Below, piece by piece: positions 47,696 to 55,595 of a stretch of DNA of 55,595 bases (its first letter is position 1; the number at the start of each line of letters is the position of its first letter). The stretch covers positions 1 to 55,595 of the forward strand of contig CASDRH010000029.1 in the NCBI GenBank assembly GCA_949283075.1, read 5' to 3'. The position numbers and the translations under genes were made by a program. Origin of the DNA: an uncultured Pseudomonadota bacterium (lineage in GTDB: Bacteria; Pseudomonadota; Alphaproteobacteria; Rs-D84; CASDRH01). The notes beneath the pieces were generated by a model. The model searched no databases and was not told the DNA's origin. It worked only from the letters and a program-made list of their open reading frames with translations.

Positions 47696-50587
47696 ATGGA
47701 TAAAGAGAAAAAAGTTAAAGTTCCACTTTATAAGAAAAAAAACGATAGTAATATGAACAATAAACATCACAAAGAAGATAATATTATCTTAAATGATGAT
47801 AATAATGCTGAATTGGTAAATAATGAAGATATATTTAACGAAGATGCTATTGTATTAAATCAAAGCGATGATGTGATGTATAATTCAAATAACTTGAAAA
47901 ATAAAAAAGTTAAAAATAAAGGAAAAAGTTTCTTTAAATTTCAATTGAAAAAATTTAATTTCTGGTATGGTGTTTTTGGCGGAGCTGTTTTGTCTTTAAT
48001 CATCATTATATATTTGTTTGCTAGATATAGTATTGATTTGCCAGATTATGATAAATTAGCTGAATATAAACCTTCTATCATTACACGATTTTATGCCGGT
48101 GATGGAACTTTATTAACTGAATATGCAGAAGAAAACAGAGTTTTTGTTGAATATGACCAGTTGCCTCCGAATCTTATAAATGCCTTTTTATCAGCAGAAG
48201 ATAAAAAGTTTTGGAAACATTCCGGTATCGATGTTTGGGGCATTATGCGTGCTATTTTATCAAATATTAAAGCTATGTTTACCGGTGGTAATTTCCAAGG
48301 TGCTTCAACAATTACTCAACAGGTCGCAAAAAATTTCTTTTTATCTTCTGAACGTTCTTTGGAAAGAAAAATTAAAGAGGCTATTTTAGCTTTGAAAATT
48401 GAGCGTGCCTTTACAAAAAAACATATTCTTGTTTTATATTTTAATCAAATTTATTTGGGGGCTAGGTCTTATGGTGTTGCTGCGGCTGCTCAAAGTTATT
48501 TTAATAAAACTTTAAATGAATTGTCTTTATCTGAATGTGCGTTTTTAGCTGCTTTGCCAAAGGCTCCTAATAATTACAATCCTGTGACGAAAAAAGAAAG
48601 AGCTATTGAAAGACGTAATTGGGTATTACAAAGAATGCTCGCAAATGGATATATCACAGAAGATGAATATGAAAATGCTAAAAATGATGATTTAGTAGTT
48701 AGCAAAAATTTGGTTGAAACAAAAGAAAATGCTAACCTTTACTTCACAGAAGAAGTTAGAAGATTGTTAAGCAAAACTTATGGAACAGAACAGCTATATC
48801 GTGGTGGGCTTGTTGTTAGAACAACTGCAAATTCTGAATATCAGAAAATTGCAACAGAAGCTTTACGTAATATGATTTTAGCTTATGATAAAAGAACTGG
48901 TTGGAAAGGCCCTGAAACTAGTTATAACTTATCTGATTACAGCTGGATTGATGAAAAGATTTCAGAGCTTAAAAAGAATAGAGAAAAGTTAAAAGCTGAA
49001 ACTGATGCTTTAGAAGATTCTGATGGTGATGAAGCTTCAGAAGTTAAGGTTAAAACTGATGGTCCATTGGAAAGATTAAATGATTTAAAGAAAAAACTTG
49101 CTGCAAATGCTGGGCTTGAAAAAAGTAAAAGAGTTCCTGATTGGTTCATTATATTGAATTATGACCCTGTTATTTCTGGTATGGAAAAACAAGGTTGGAG
49201 AAAAGCTATTGTCTTATCTGTTGATGACCAAAATGCAAAAATCGGTATGAAGGATAAGGTTATCGCAAATGTTAATTTATCAACTGCTATGTGGGCAAGA
49301 CCAACTCATATGGAAACTATGACTGTTGGACCTGTTCCAACAAGTATGCGTCAGATTGTTAAACCTGGTGATGTTATATTCGTTGAACCAACTGATAAAA
49401 AAGGTGAATTTGCTTTAAAACAAAATCCTAAATTAGAAGGGGCTTTAGTTGCTATGGACCCTCATACTGGACGTGTTTTAACTCTTGTTGGGGGCTTCTC
49501 TTTCGCAAAATCTAAATTTAATCGTGCTACACAAGCTAAACGTCAGCCGGGTTCTGCTATTAAACCTTTGATGTATTTGACTGCTTTGGTTCGCCCTAAT
49601 TATGAACCAAACAGCATTTTATTAGATGCTCCTATCGTTATGGAAAAAGAAGATGGTAATTTGTGGAAACCTGATAATGCTGATAATCAATTCTGGGGGC
49701 CGATGACTTTAAGACAAGCTTTGATGAGGTCTAAAAATTCTCCTGCAATACGTCTTGCAAATGCTGTCGGTATACATAATGCTGTCAGAATGGCTGAAAA
49801 ATTCGGAGTTTACAAAGATATTAAAAATGAAGATATCAATTTATCTATGGCTTTGGGTTCTGGTGATACAACTGTTCTTGATTTGACTACTGCCTTTGCT
49901 TCTATATTAAATGGTGGTAAGAAAATTACTCCTCGTTTAGTTGACAGAATTCAAGATAGAGATGGTAGAACTATTTACAACTTCGAACAACGTCAATGTG
50001 AAGGTTGTCAAACTGAATGGCAAGATGGATTGCTTCCTCCGATTATTGAGGACCAACGTGAGCAATTGGCTGACCCTCGCGGTGTTTATCAGTTGATTTC
50101 TATTATGGAAGGTGTCGTTAGTGCCGGTGGAACTGGAACTATGGCTAGAATACCTGGTAGAACTATTGCTGGAAAAACTGGAACAACTAATGATAATAAA
50201 GACGGTTGGTTTGTTGGTGGAACTACTGACTTAGTCGTAGGTGTATGGGTAGGTTTTGACCAACCTAGAAATATGGGTGAGTATAATAATGGTGCTACTT
50301 TATCTGCTCCTATATTTGAGGCTTTTGTAAGAAGAGCTTTGGCTGGAACAAAAGATAAAGCTTTCCCTGTTCCAGATGGTATTAAGTTTGTTCGCATAAA
50401 TGATAAAACTGGTAATGTTGCAACTGCAAATGATGACCCAAAAGATGTCGTTTTAATGCCGTTGAAAAATCCAGATGCTATGCGTCAAAATAATAATTCT
50501 GAATCAAATAATATGAATAATCCTGAAAGCAATAGACCTTATATTGCTCCTGGTAATTATCAGAATGATCCAGAGGGTATTTTTTAA
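47696..50587 (+). CDS. mrcA: Penicillin-binding protein 1A (bifunctional transglycosylase/transpeptidase) with an N/K-rich N-terminal extension
   Basis: 963 aa. GT51 motifs EDKKFWKHSGID, GASTITQQVAKN and RKIKE. Transpeptidase motifs SAIKP, SKN and KTGTT. Confidence 0.93.
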   Translation: MDKEKKVKVPLYKKKNDSNMNNKHHKEDNIILNDDNNAELVNNEDIFNEDAIVLNQSDDVMYNSNNLKNKKVKNKGKSFFKFQLKKFNFWYGVFGGAVLSLIIIIYLFARYSIDLPDYDKLAEYKPSIITRFYAGDGTLLTEYAEENRVFVEYDQLPPNLINAFLSAEDKKFWKHSGIDVWGIMRAILSNIKAMFTGGNFQGASTITQQVAKNFFLSSERSLERKIKEAILALKIERAFTKKHILVLYFNQIYLGARSYGVAAAAQSYFNKTLNELSLSECAFLAALPKAPNNYNPVTKKERAIERRNWVLQRMLANGYITEDEYENAKNDDLVVSKNLVETKENANLYFTEEVRRLLSKTYGTEQLYRGGLVVRTTANSEYQKIATEALRNMILAYDKRTGWKGPETSYNLSDYSWIDEKISELKKNREKLKAETDALEDSDGDEASEVKVKTDGPLERLNDLKKKLAANAGLEKSKRVPDWFIILNYDPVISGMEKQGWRKAIVLSVDDQNAKIGMKDKVIANVNLSTAMWARPTHMETMTVGPVPTSMRQIVKPGDVIFVEPTDKKGEFALKQNPKLEGALVAMDPHTGRVLTLVGGFSFAKSKFNRATQAKRQPGSAIKPLMYLTALVRPNYEPNSILLDAPIVMEKEDGNLWKPDNADNQFWGPMTLRQALMRSKNSPAIRLANAVGIHNAVRMAEKFGVYKDIKNEDINLSMALGSGDTTVLDLTTAFASILNGGKKITPRLVDRIQDRDGRTIYNFEQRQCEGCQTEWQDGLLPPIIEDQREQLADPRGVYQLISIMEGVVSAGGTGTMARIPGRTIAGKTGTTNDNKDGWFVGGTTDLVVGVWVGFDQPRNMGEYNNGATLSAPIFEAFVRRALAGTKDKAFPVPDGIKFVRINDKTGNVATANDDPKDVVLMPLKNPDAMRQNNNSESNNMNNPESNRPYIAPGNYQNDPEGIF

Positions 50588-50616
50588 TTAAAAATATTTA
50601 AAATGAAAGGTTTATA

Positions 50617-51945
50617 ATGGTTGCAAAAGTCGTTATTAAAGGAGGTAATAAATTATCTGGTAAAGTTCGCATTATGGGAGCGAAAAATTCCGTGTTGGAA
50701 TTAGTACCAGCAACTTTGTTGACTGATGAAAAAGTTGTTTTGAAAAATGTGCCTGTTTTAAAAGATGTCGAAACAATTGTTGAATTGATGAAGGCTTTTG
50801 GAACTGACGTTCAATGGGATAAAGAAAATTGCACTTTAACTTTACAAACAAAAGAAATTATTTCTAATAAGGCTCCTTATGAAATTGTGAAGACTATGCG
50901 TGCTTCTATTTATGTTTTAGGGGCTTTGTTAGGTAGATGCGGATCTGCTCGCGTTTCTTTTCCTGGCGGCTGTGTAATAGGAACAAGACCTATTGATATT
51001 CACGTTCGTGCAATGAAATGTCTTGGTGCTTCTGTTGAAACTATTCACGGTTATATCGTTGCAAAAGCTCCAACAGTTGATGGCGAAACAAGATTAATCG
51101 GTGATGTTATGGATTTATTGGTAACAGAAAAATCTGGACATAAAATTACAACTCACGGAGGATGTGTTAATGCTATTTTAGCAGCTGTTTTAGCTAAAGG
51201 ACAAACGGTTATTGAAAATGCCTCTATGGAACCTGAATTAGATGATTTGATTTCTATGTTAAATTTGATGGGGGCTAAAATTAAACGTGATAAATATGAT
51301 GATGGAACTGATGTTATAATCATTGATGGTGTTGATAAATTACACGGATGTGAATATTCTGTAATGCCTGATAGAATGGAAGCAATGACTTATGCTATTG
51401 TTGGAGCTATGAATGGTGGCGTTGTTGAAGTTCAGAATATTGATACTTCTAAAATGGAATATTTCTTGGAAAAATTTAAAGAAGCTGGTGTCGTATTTGA
51501 TGATAAAGGCGATTCTTTAATTGTTTATGGTGATAAAACTAAATTAAAAGCTGTTGATGTTGAAACTCTACCTTATCCAGGCTTTCCAACTGATATTCAA
51601 TCCCCTTTTATGACTTTGATTAGTGTTGCAGAAGGTAAATCAACATTGTGTGAAAATGTCTGGGAAAATAGATTTCAATGTGTACAAGAATTGCAACGTA
51701 TGGGAGCAAATGCTGATATAATAAATCCTAATACAGTTTGCTTTACTGGTGTTGAATCTTTGGACCCAACTGATGTAATTGCTTCTGAATTACGTGGTGG
51801 TATGGCTTTAGTTTTAGCTGGTTTGGTTGCAAAACCAACTGGTTATACAAATATTCATAGAGCTTATCATATTTTTAGAGGTTATGCTAACTTCGCTGAA
51901 AATTTAAGAAATTTAGGTGCTGAAATATCAATTGAAGATGAATAA
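50617..51945 (+). CDS. murA: UDP-N-acetylglucosamine 1-carboxyvinyltransferase
   Basis: 442 aa. Contains MGAKNS and the active-site segment PGGCVIGTRPID, and has full-length MurA architecture. Confidence 0.95.
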   Translation: MVAKVVIKGGNKLSGKVRIMGAKNSVLELVPATLLTDEKVVLKNVPVLKDVETIVELMKAFGTDVQWDKENCTLTLQTKEIISNKAPYEIVKTMRASIYVLGALLGRCGSARVSFPGGCVIGTRPIDIHVRAMKCLGASVETIHGYIVAKAPTVDGETRLIGDVMDLLVTEKSGHKITTHGGCVNAILAAVLAKGQTVIENASMEPELDDLISMLNLMGAKIKRDKYDDGTDVIIIDGVDKLHGCEYSVMPDRMEAMTYAIVGAMNGGVVEVQNIDTSKMEYFLEKFKEAGVVFDDKGDSLIVYGDKTKLKAVDVETLPYPGFPTDIQSPFMTLISVAEGKSTLCENVWENRFQCVQELQRMGANADIINPNTVCFTGVESLDPTDVIASELRGGMALVLAGLVAKPTGYTNIHRAYHIFRGYANFAENLRNLGAEISIEDE

Positions 51946-51976
51946 TAAATTTTTAATTTTATTGATATTATGCAAT

Positions 51977-52008
51977 AAAAAAAGCTCTGATATTCAGAGC
52001 TTTTATTT
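51977..52008. terminator. Bidirectional terminator between murA and the convergent TPR gene
   Basis: AAAGCTCTGA pairs with TCAGAGCTTT, flanked by A-runs and T-runs. Confidence 0.6.
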
Positions 52009-52023
52009 TATTTTTAATGTTGT

Positions 52024-52761
52024 TTATTTTTTGTTTTTTGGTTTCATTTTCTTTACCAAATCTAACAACTCTTTACATTGTTCATAACGTTGTTGATAGC
52101 TTGATTGGAATGCTAAAATATCGTTATTTGTTTTTGATTGATTATATAAATCTGAATATGCTCCAAGTGCCCATTCCAAATTTGCTTCTGCAAGGTCAAA
52201 GTCACGTAAGCTCATACGTATTGCTCCTAATGACTGATATGCATTTGCTCTGAAGAATTTACCATTATATGTATCATCTGATTTTTCAATCACTGTGTTA
52301 TAATCATTAACTGCATCTGATACATTTTGTAATGCTAAATTAACTAATGCTCTATTGAAATATAAACTTACTTCATTTGGATTAAATGCAATTGCTCTGT
52401 TGTAATCATCAAGTGCTTTATCATTATCCTTTACGAAATCACGATGGATTAAGCCTCTTGCTGCATACAATGAATAATTTGCTTGATCCATTTCAATCGC
52501 TTTATTTATTGTTGATAATGCGTTTTTTGTATCTTCTTCTAAATTATCTCCTAAGAATACATATCTTAATGCTTTTTTACGCAATGCTTCTGCTTCTGGT
52601 TTTGCGTTAGGAGCTTTTGGTGATCTTTCAATAATTCCTGCAATCAATGATTTTGGATTGTTTGGGTCATCAATTGTTGGTTCTGATGTTGTTGTTTCAC
52701 ATCCAGCCATTATTATTGCCAATGCTGATATGATTAAATATTTTTTAAAGTTTAATTTCAT
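52024..52761 (-). CDS. TPR-repeat lipoprotein
   Basis: 245 aa. Lipobox MAGC and several TPR-like A/Y/N helical repeats. Confidence 0.65.
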   Translation of the reverse strand: MKLNFKKYLIISALAIIMAGCETTTSEPTIDDPNNPKSLIAGIIERSPKAPNAKPEAEALRKKALRYVFLGDNLEEDTKNALSTINKAIEMDQANYSLYAARGLIHRDFVKDNDKALDDYNRAIAFNPNEVSLYFNRALVNLALQNVSDAVNDYNTVIEKSDDTYNGKFFRANAYQSLGAIRMSLRDFDLAEANLEWALGAYSDLYNQSKTNNDILAFQSSYQQRYEQCKELLDLVKKMKPKNKK

Positions 52762-52845
52762 TTTATTCCCTCCATAAAATTTTTATGATAAGATTATATT
52801 ATAATTTTTGCTATCTTTCAACAAGTATTTCAATACTTAAATTCT

Positions 52846-53424
52846 TTATTTTATTAGTTTATACCCGTTTCTTTCAGTGATAATTATCTTTGGATTTGAT
52901 GAATCTTTTTCTATTTTTTGTCTTAATTTATATATATGAGATTCAAGTGTATGAGTATCTATACTTTCAGAATATCCCCAGATTGTTAAAAGTAAATCCT
53001 GTTTACTGATAGTATTATCAGGAGCGTTATATAAATGTGTTATTATAGATATTTCTTTTTCTGTTAAATCTATTTCTTGGTTATCGATTATTGCTTTTTG
53101 CAATGTCGTATTTATTAAAATATTTTGTATCTTTATTTCTGTTGTTATTTTCTTTTTGTTTATATCTAAAAGTTTATCTATTGATGTTAATATTGATATG
53201 AATTTTACAGGTTTATTAAGAGATATACTATTTAATGAGTTTATTGATAATGTTATTTTATATTCTGATATATTTATTAAAATTGAATCGTTATTTGAAT
53301 TTGATTGTAAAGATTTATTGCAATTTAATTCATAATTATCCAATGATTTATTATTGAATACTTCTTTTAAAGAATTTATTTCTTTATCGTTATTTCCTGT
53401 AATATTTAATATTATTTTTTCCAT
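52846..53424 (-). CDS. OmpR/PhoB-type winged-helix DNA-binding protein with a degenerate, shortened receiver-like N-terminus
   Basis: 192 aa. The C-terminal LTEKEISIITHL...ISKQDLLLTIWGY...DTHTLESHIYKLRQKIE...ITERNGYKL is a Trans_reg_C domain. The N-terminus lacks the acidic pocket and the phospho-acceptor Asp. Confidence 0.7.
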   Translation of the reverse strand: MEKIILNITGNNDKEINSLKEVFNNKSLDNYELNCNKSLQSNSNNDSILINISEYKITLSINSLNSISLNKPVKFISILTSIDKLLDINKKKITTEIKIQNILINTTLQKAIIDNQEIDLTEKEISIITHLYNAPDNTISKQDLLLTIWGYSESIDTHTLESHIYKLRQKIEKDSSNPKIIITERNGYKLIK

Positions 53425-53544
53425 ATTTATTTAATTGTAAAAGATTTTTTATTATTTTATAATCCTGTATTCATTAATATGATGCATTGTATCATATTTT
53501 AAGTTTAATAATCAATTTTATATTTATTTGGAGGTATTAGTTTG

Positions 53545-54273
53545 ATGAAAAATTATTTAAAATATTTTATGGTTGGAGCATTTGCTTTTAGTATTGCTTC
53601 TTGTACTGCTATTTATACAAGAATGTCTAAATCTGATATGCAAGTTAAAGTTGAAATGAGTGATACTATTTGGTTAGATCCTGTCGCTCCTGAACAACAA
53701 ACTATTTACGTTCAAATTAGAAATACTTCTGGTAGTCCTTATTTTGGAGACTTTAATCAGTATATAAAGGCTGAATTTACTAATAAAGGTTATAGTGTTG
53801 TAAATGATCCTAACAAAGCTCATTATTTAATGCAGGTTAATATAAAAACTGCAAACTTAGTTTTAGAAACATCTGATGGTCAAGTTTCTGGTGTCCCAGG
53901 TGCTATATTGGGAGGTGTTGTAGGTTCTCAAGTAGGTGGTGGTAAAGGTAATGAGCTTGCTACTACTGCTGGTGCTGTTGTTGGTGGCCTTGCAACAATG
54001 TATCTTGATGCTAAAACAAAAGATGGTTATTACAATGTTGTAGTTGATATTAAATTACAAGAAAAAACTGATGATGTTGTTAAATCAAAAGAATATCAAG
54101 TTCAAGCTCAAGGAAATAGCGGTGAAAGAATCACTACATCTTCTGGAACTTCAAATCGCAAGTCTTATACAACTATCTTAACTGCAACTTCAAACAAAGT
54201 TAATTTAACAGAAGAAGAAGGGACTGCTGTTATGCAAGAAAGAATTGCTTCTTCTTTAGCTGGATTGTTTTAA
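53545..54273 (+). CDS. traT: TraT-like outer-membrane lipoprotein (surface exclusion / complement resistance family)
   Basis: ATG at 53545 after GGAGG. Lipobox IASC. VKVEMSDTIWLDP, YVQIRNTS, YNVVVDIKLQEKT and SNKVNLTEEEG...LAGLF align along the whole length with F-plasmid TraT. Confidence 0.8.
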   Translation: MKNYLKYFMVGAFAFSIASCTAIYTRMSKSDMQVKVEMSDTIWLDPVAPEQQTIYVQIRNTSGSPYFGDFNQYIKAEFTNKGYSVVNDPNKAHYLMQVNIKTANLVLETSDGQVSGVPGAILGGVVGSQVGGGKGNELATTAGAVVGGLATMYLDAKTKDGYYNVVVDIKLQEKTDDVVKSKEYQVQAQGNSGERITTSSGTSNRKSYTTILTATSNKVNLTEEEGTAVMQERIASSLAGLF

Positions 54274-54298
54274 AATATAAACAGTCTTTTAATTTAAA

Positions 54299-54330
54299 AA
54301 CCCTATCATTATTTGATAGGGTTATTTTTT
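54299..54330. terminator. Bidirectional intrinsic terminator
   Basis: AACCCTATCA (54299-54308) pairs with TGATAGGGTT (54315-54324), flanked by A-runs and T-runs. Confidence 0.65.
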
Positions 54331-54347
54331 ATTATAATTTTTATTTT

Positions 54348-54674
54348 TTATTTGCACTTTTTTTCTAAATTATTTATTACTGCTCTGTCTTTTTGCTGAA
54401 TCGCCTTTACCAATACTTCATTTGGCATTTGCAATAATCCTTTTAATATGCAACAACCTTGTCTATTCATATCGCCTATAACTGGACAATTTTCTTTATA
54501 TTCATCTTGTAAGGTAATTTTTATCATTTCTGCTATTAACTCTTGGTTAACAGCTTCTGGATTTCCTTGGTTTTGATTATTTAATTCCTCTTGATTATCT
54601 GCATTTTGTGCAAATATATTGGAACATATGAAAAATGTTGATATAAACAAAAATATATGAATATTTATCTTCAT
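54348..54674 (-). CDS. Small secreted Cys-containing protein (hypothetical)
   Basis: 108 aa with a signal peptide. Confidence 0.45.
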   Translation of the reverse strand: MKINIHIFLFISTFFICSNIFAQNADNQEELNNQNQGNPEAVNQELIAEMIKITLQDEYKENCPVIGDMNRQGCCILKGLLQMPNEVLVKAIQQKDRAVINNLEKKCK

Positions 54675-54761
54675 ATTCCCTACCCTTTCTTATTTAATAT
54701 ATATTATTAAATTTTAAGGTAGATTGCAAAAAGAAAATATAATACTTATATATTTTTATTA

Positions 54762-55229
54762 TTAAAAATCGTTAATTTCTATATATCTTGCCTTTGTTCC
54801 ATCAGGCCTTTTGATATACAATACATTTATATCATCTTCTTTATTTTCTGCATCGTCCATATCAATATTTATAACTTTTGCTCCTGATGGAGTTTGCATA
54901 TATTTGACTTCTTCTTTACCTGGATGACGTGGTGGCTTTGGAACTAAATATCCTCCATATACAGGTATTGTTGGATATACTGGATTTATTATAGGTTGAT
55001 GATAATATACATAACAATTGTTTCCATTACATATAGTTTGACCATTTAACAAAAATCTTGATATTCCTATATCTCCAGATATTTTTGTAAAATCATCATC
55101 TGTATAAATTGTTGCTGATTTTGTGCCTGTTTCATCTTTCTTTATAATATGTGATGTGCTTTGAGCAATTACTGGGAATGAAATAGCTGATAATACTGCT
55201 GATATTATTATATATTTAAATTTATTCAT
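54762..55229 (-). CDS. Secreted protein (hypothetical)
   Basis: 155 aa with a signal peptide (VIAQS). Confidence 0.45.
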   Translation of the reverse strand: MNKFKYIIISAVLSAISFPVIAQSTSHIIKKDETGTKSATIYTDDDFTKISGDIGISRFLLNGQTICNGNNCYVYYHQPIINPVYPTIPVYGGYLVPKPPRHPGKEEVKYMQTPSGAKVINIDMDDAENKEDDINVLYIKRPDGTKARYIEINDF

Positions 55230-55329
55230 AATATAATCCTTTCTTTACTTATATTATATATTATTTAAATATTTTATTAAATAAATTTATTTTGTTGACA
55301 ATCGTATGTATTAAATATATCATTTTTTT

Positions 55330-55410
55330 ATATTTCGTATTTGTTTAATTTAGTATTTGTTTATTTTCATAATATACACATGCCCTAGTTATATAACTAG
55401 GGTCTTTTTT
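55330..55410 (+). ncRNA. Candidate ~80-nt small RNA (ends approximate)
   Basis: TTGACA (55295-55300), 17 nt spacer, TATCAT lie upstream. The perfect palindrome CCCTAGTTAT/ATAACTAGGG (55383-55402) followed by a T-run lies downstream. The body contains the direct repeat GTATTTGTTTA twice. No ORF is present. Confidence 0.3.
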
Positions 55411-55581
55411 ATAATTAAATCAATTTTAAGTTCTTATAAATTATAGAATTTTTTTGTTTTTAAATAAATAAAAACACTTTTTTAAAATACTTGACAAAAA
55501 TCTTATTTAGTTTAAAATAACACGCAATATCATATTTTTATATGGTATTTCTAAAAATAATATTTGTACAAGGAGGCACAT

Positions 55582-55595
55582 ATGCCACAAAACAA
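55582..55595 (+). CDS. 5' end of an unidentified CDS (runs off the window)
   Basis: ATG at 55582 with AGGAGG 5 nt upstream. TTGACA-16-TAAAAT lies at 55491-55518. Confidence 0.4.

Overview
This is a very AT-rich bacterial chromosome segment. The presence of MipZ and the alphaproteobacterial look of EF-G and the ribosomal proteins suggest a host-associated alphaproteobacterium with N/K/D-rich low-complexity expansions (inference). Positions 1-10.3 kb hold the S10-spc ribosomal operon plus rpsL-rpsG-fusA on the minus strand, with no tuf gene between fusA and rpsJ. Positions 10.6-24 kb hold birA, three tRNAs (Arg-CCG, Thr-CGU, Thr-GGU), an orphan TpsA/FhaB-type exoprotein with coupled downstream ORFs, a RusA-fold protein, pgk, an M20 peptidase, a TfoX-N protein and three tandem paralogous membrane-anchored proteins. 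Positions 24.2-33.6 kb and 41.2-43.1 kb carry the most unusual content, a T7-supergroup podovirus morphogenesis set: scaffold, major capsid, gp11-like adaptor, gp12-like nozzle, fibre N-domain, gp19-like large terminase and gp8-like portal. No replication, integration, lysis, small-terminase or internal-core genes are visible. The gene order is permuted, with the portal wedged between ftsZ and mipZ. The nozzle, fibre and terminase genes each carry one in-frame stop (TGA, TAA, TAG). The terminase is also split by a ~550 bp non-coding insert with promoter-like and terminator-like elements around long C/U-rich (anti-Shine-Dalgarno-like) loops, and a similar structure precedes the capsid gene. Positions 33.7-41 kb hold a type IV pilin-like gene, lipoproteins, tRNA-Phe and ftsZ with a very long acidic tail. 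Positions 43-55.6 kb hold mipZ, a cell-wall cluster (Bax-like glucosaminidase, YkuD-like, DUF1460-like, PBP1A, murA), a TPR lipoprotein, an atypical OmpR-type regulator, a TraT homologue and small secreted proteins. All homology calls come from motif recognition by eye, since no database search was possible.
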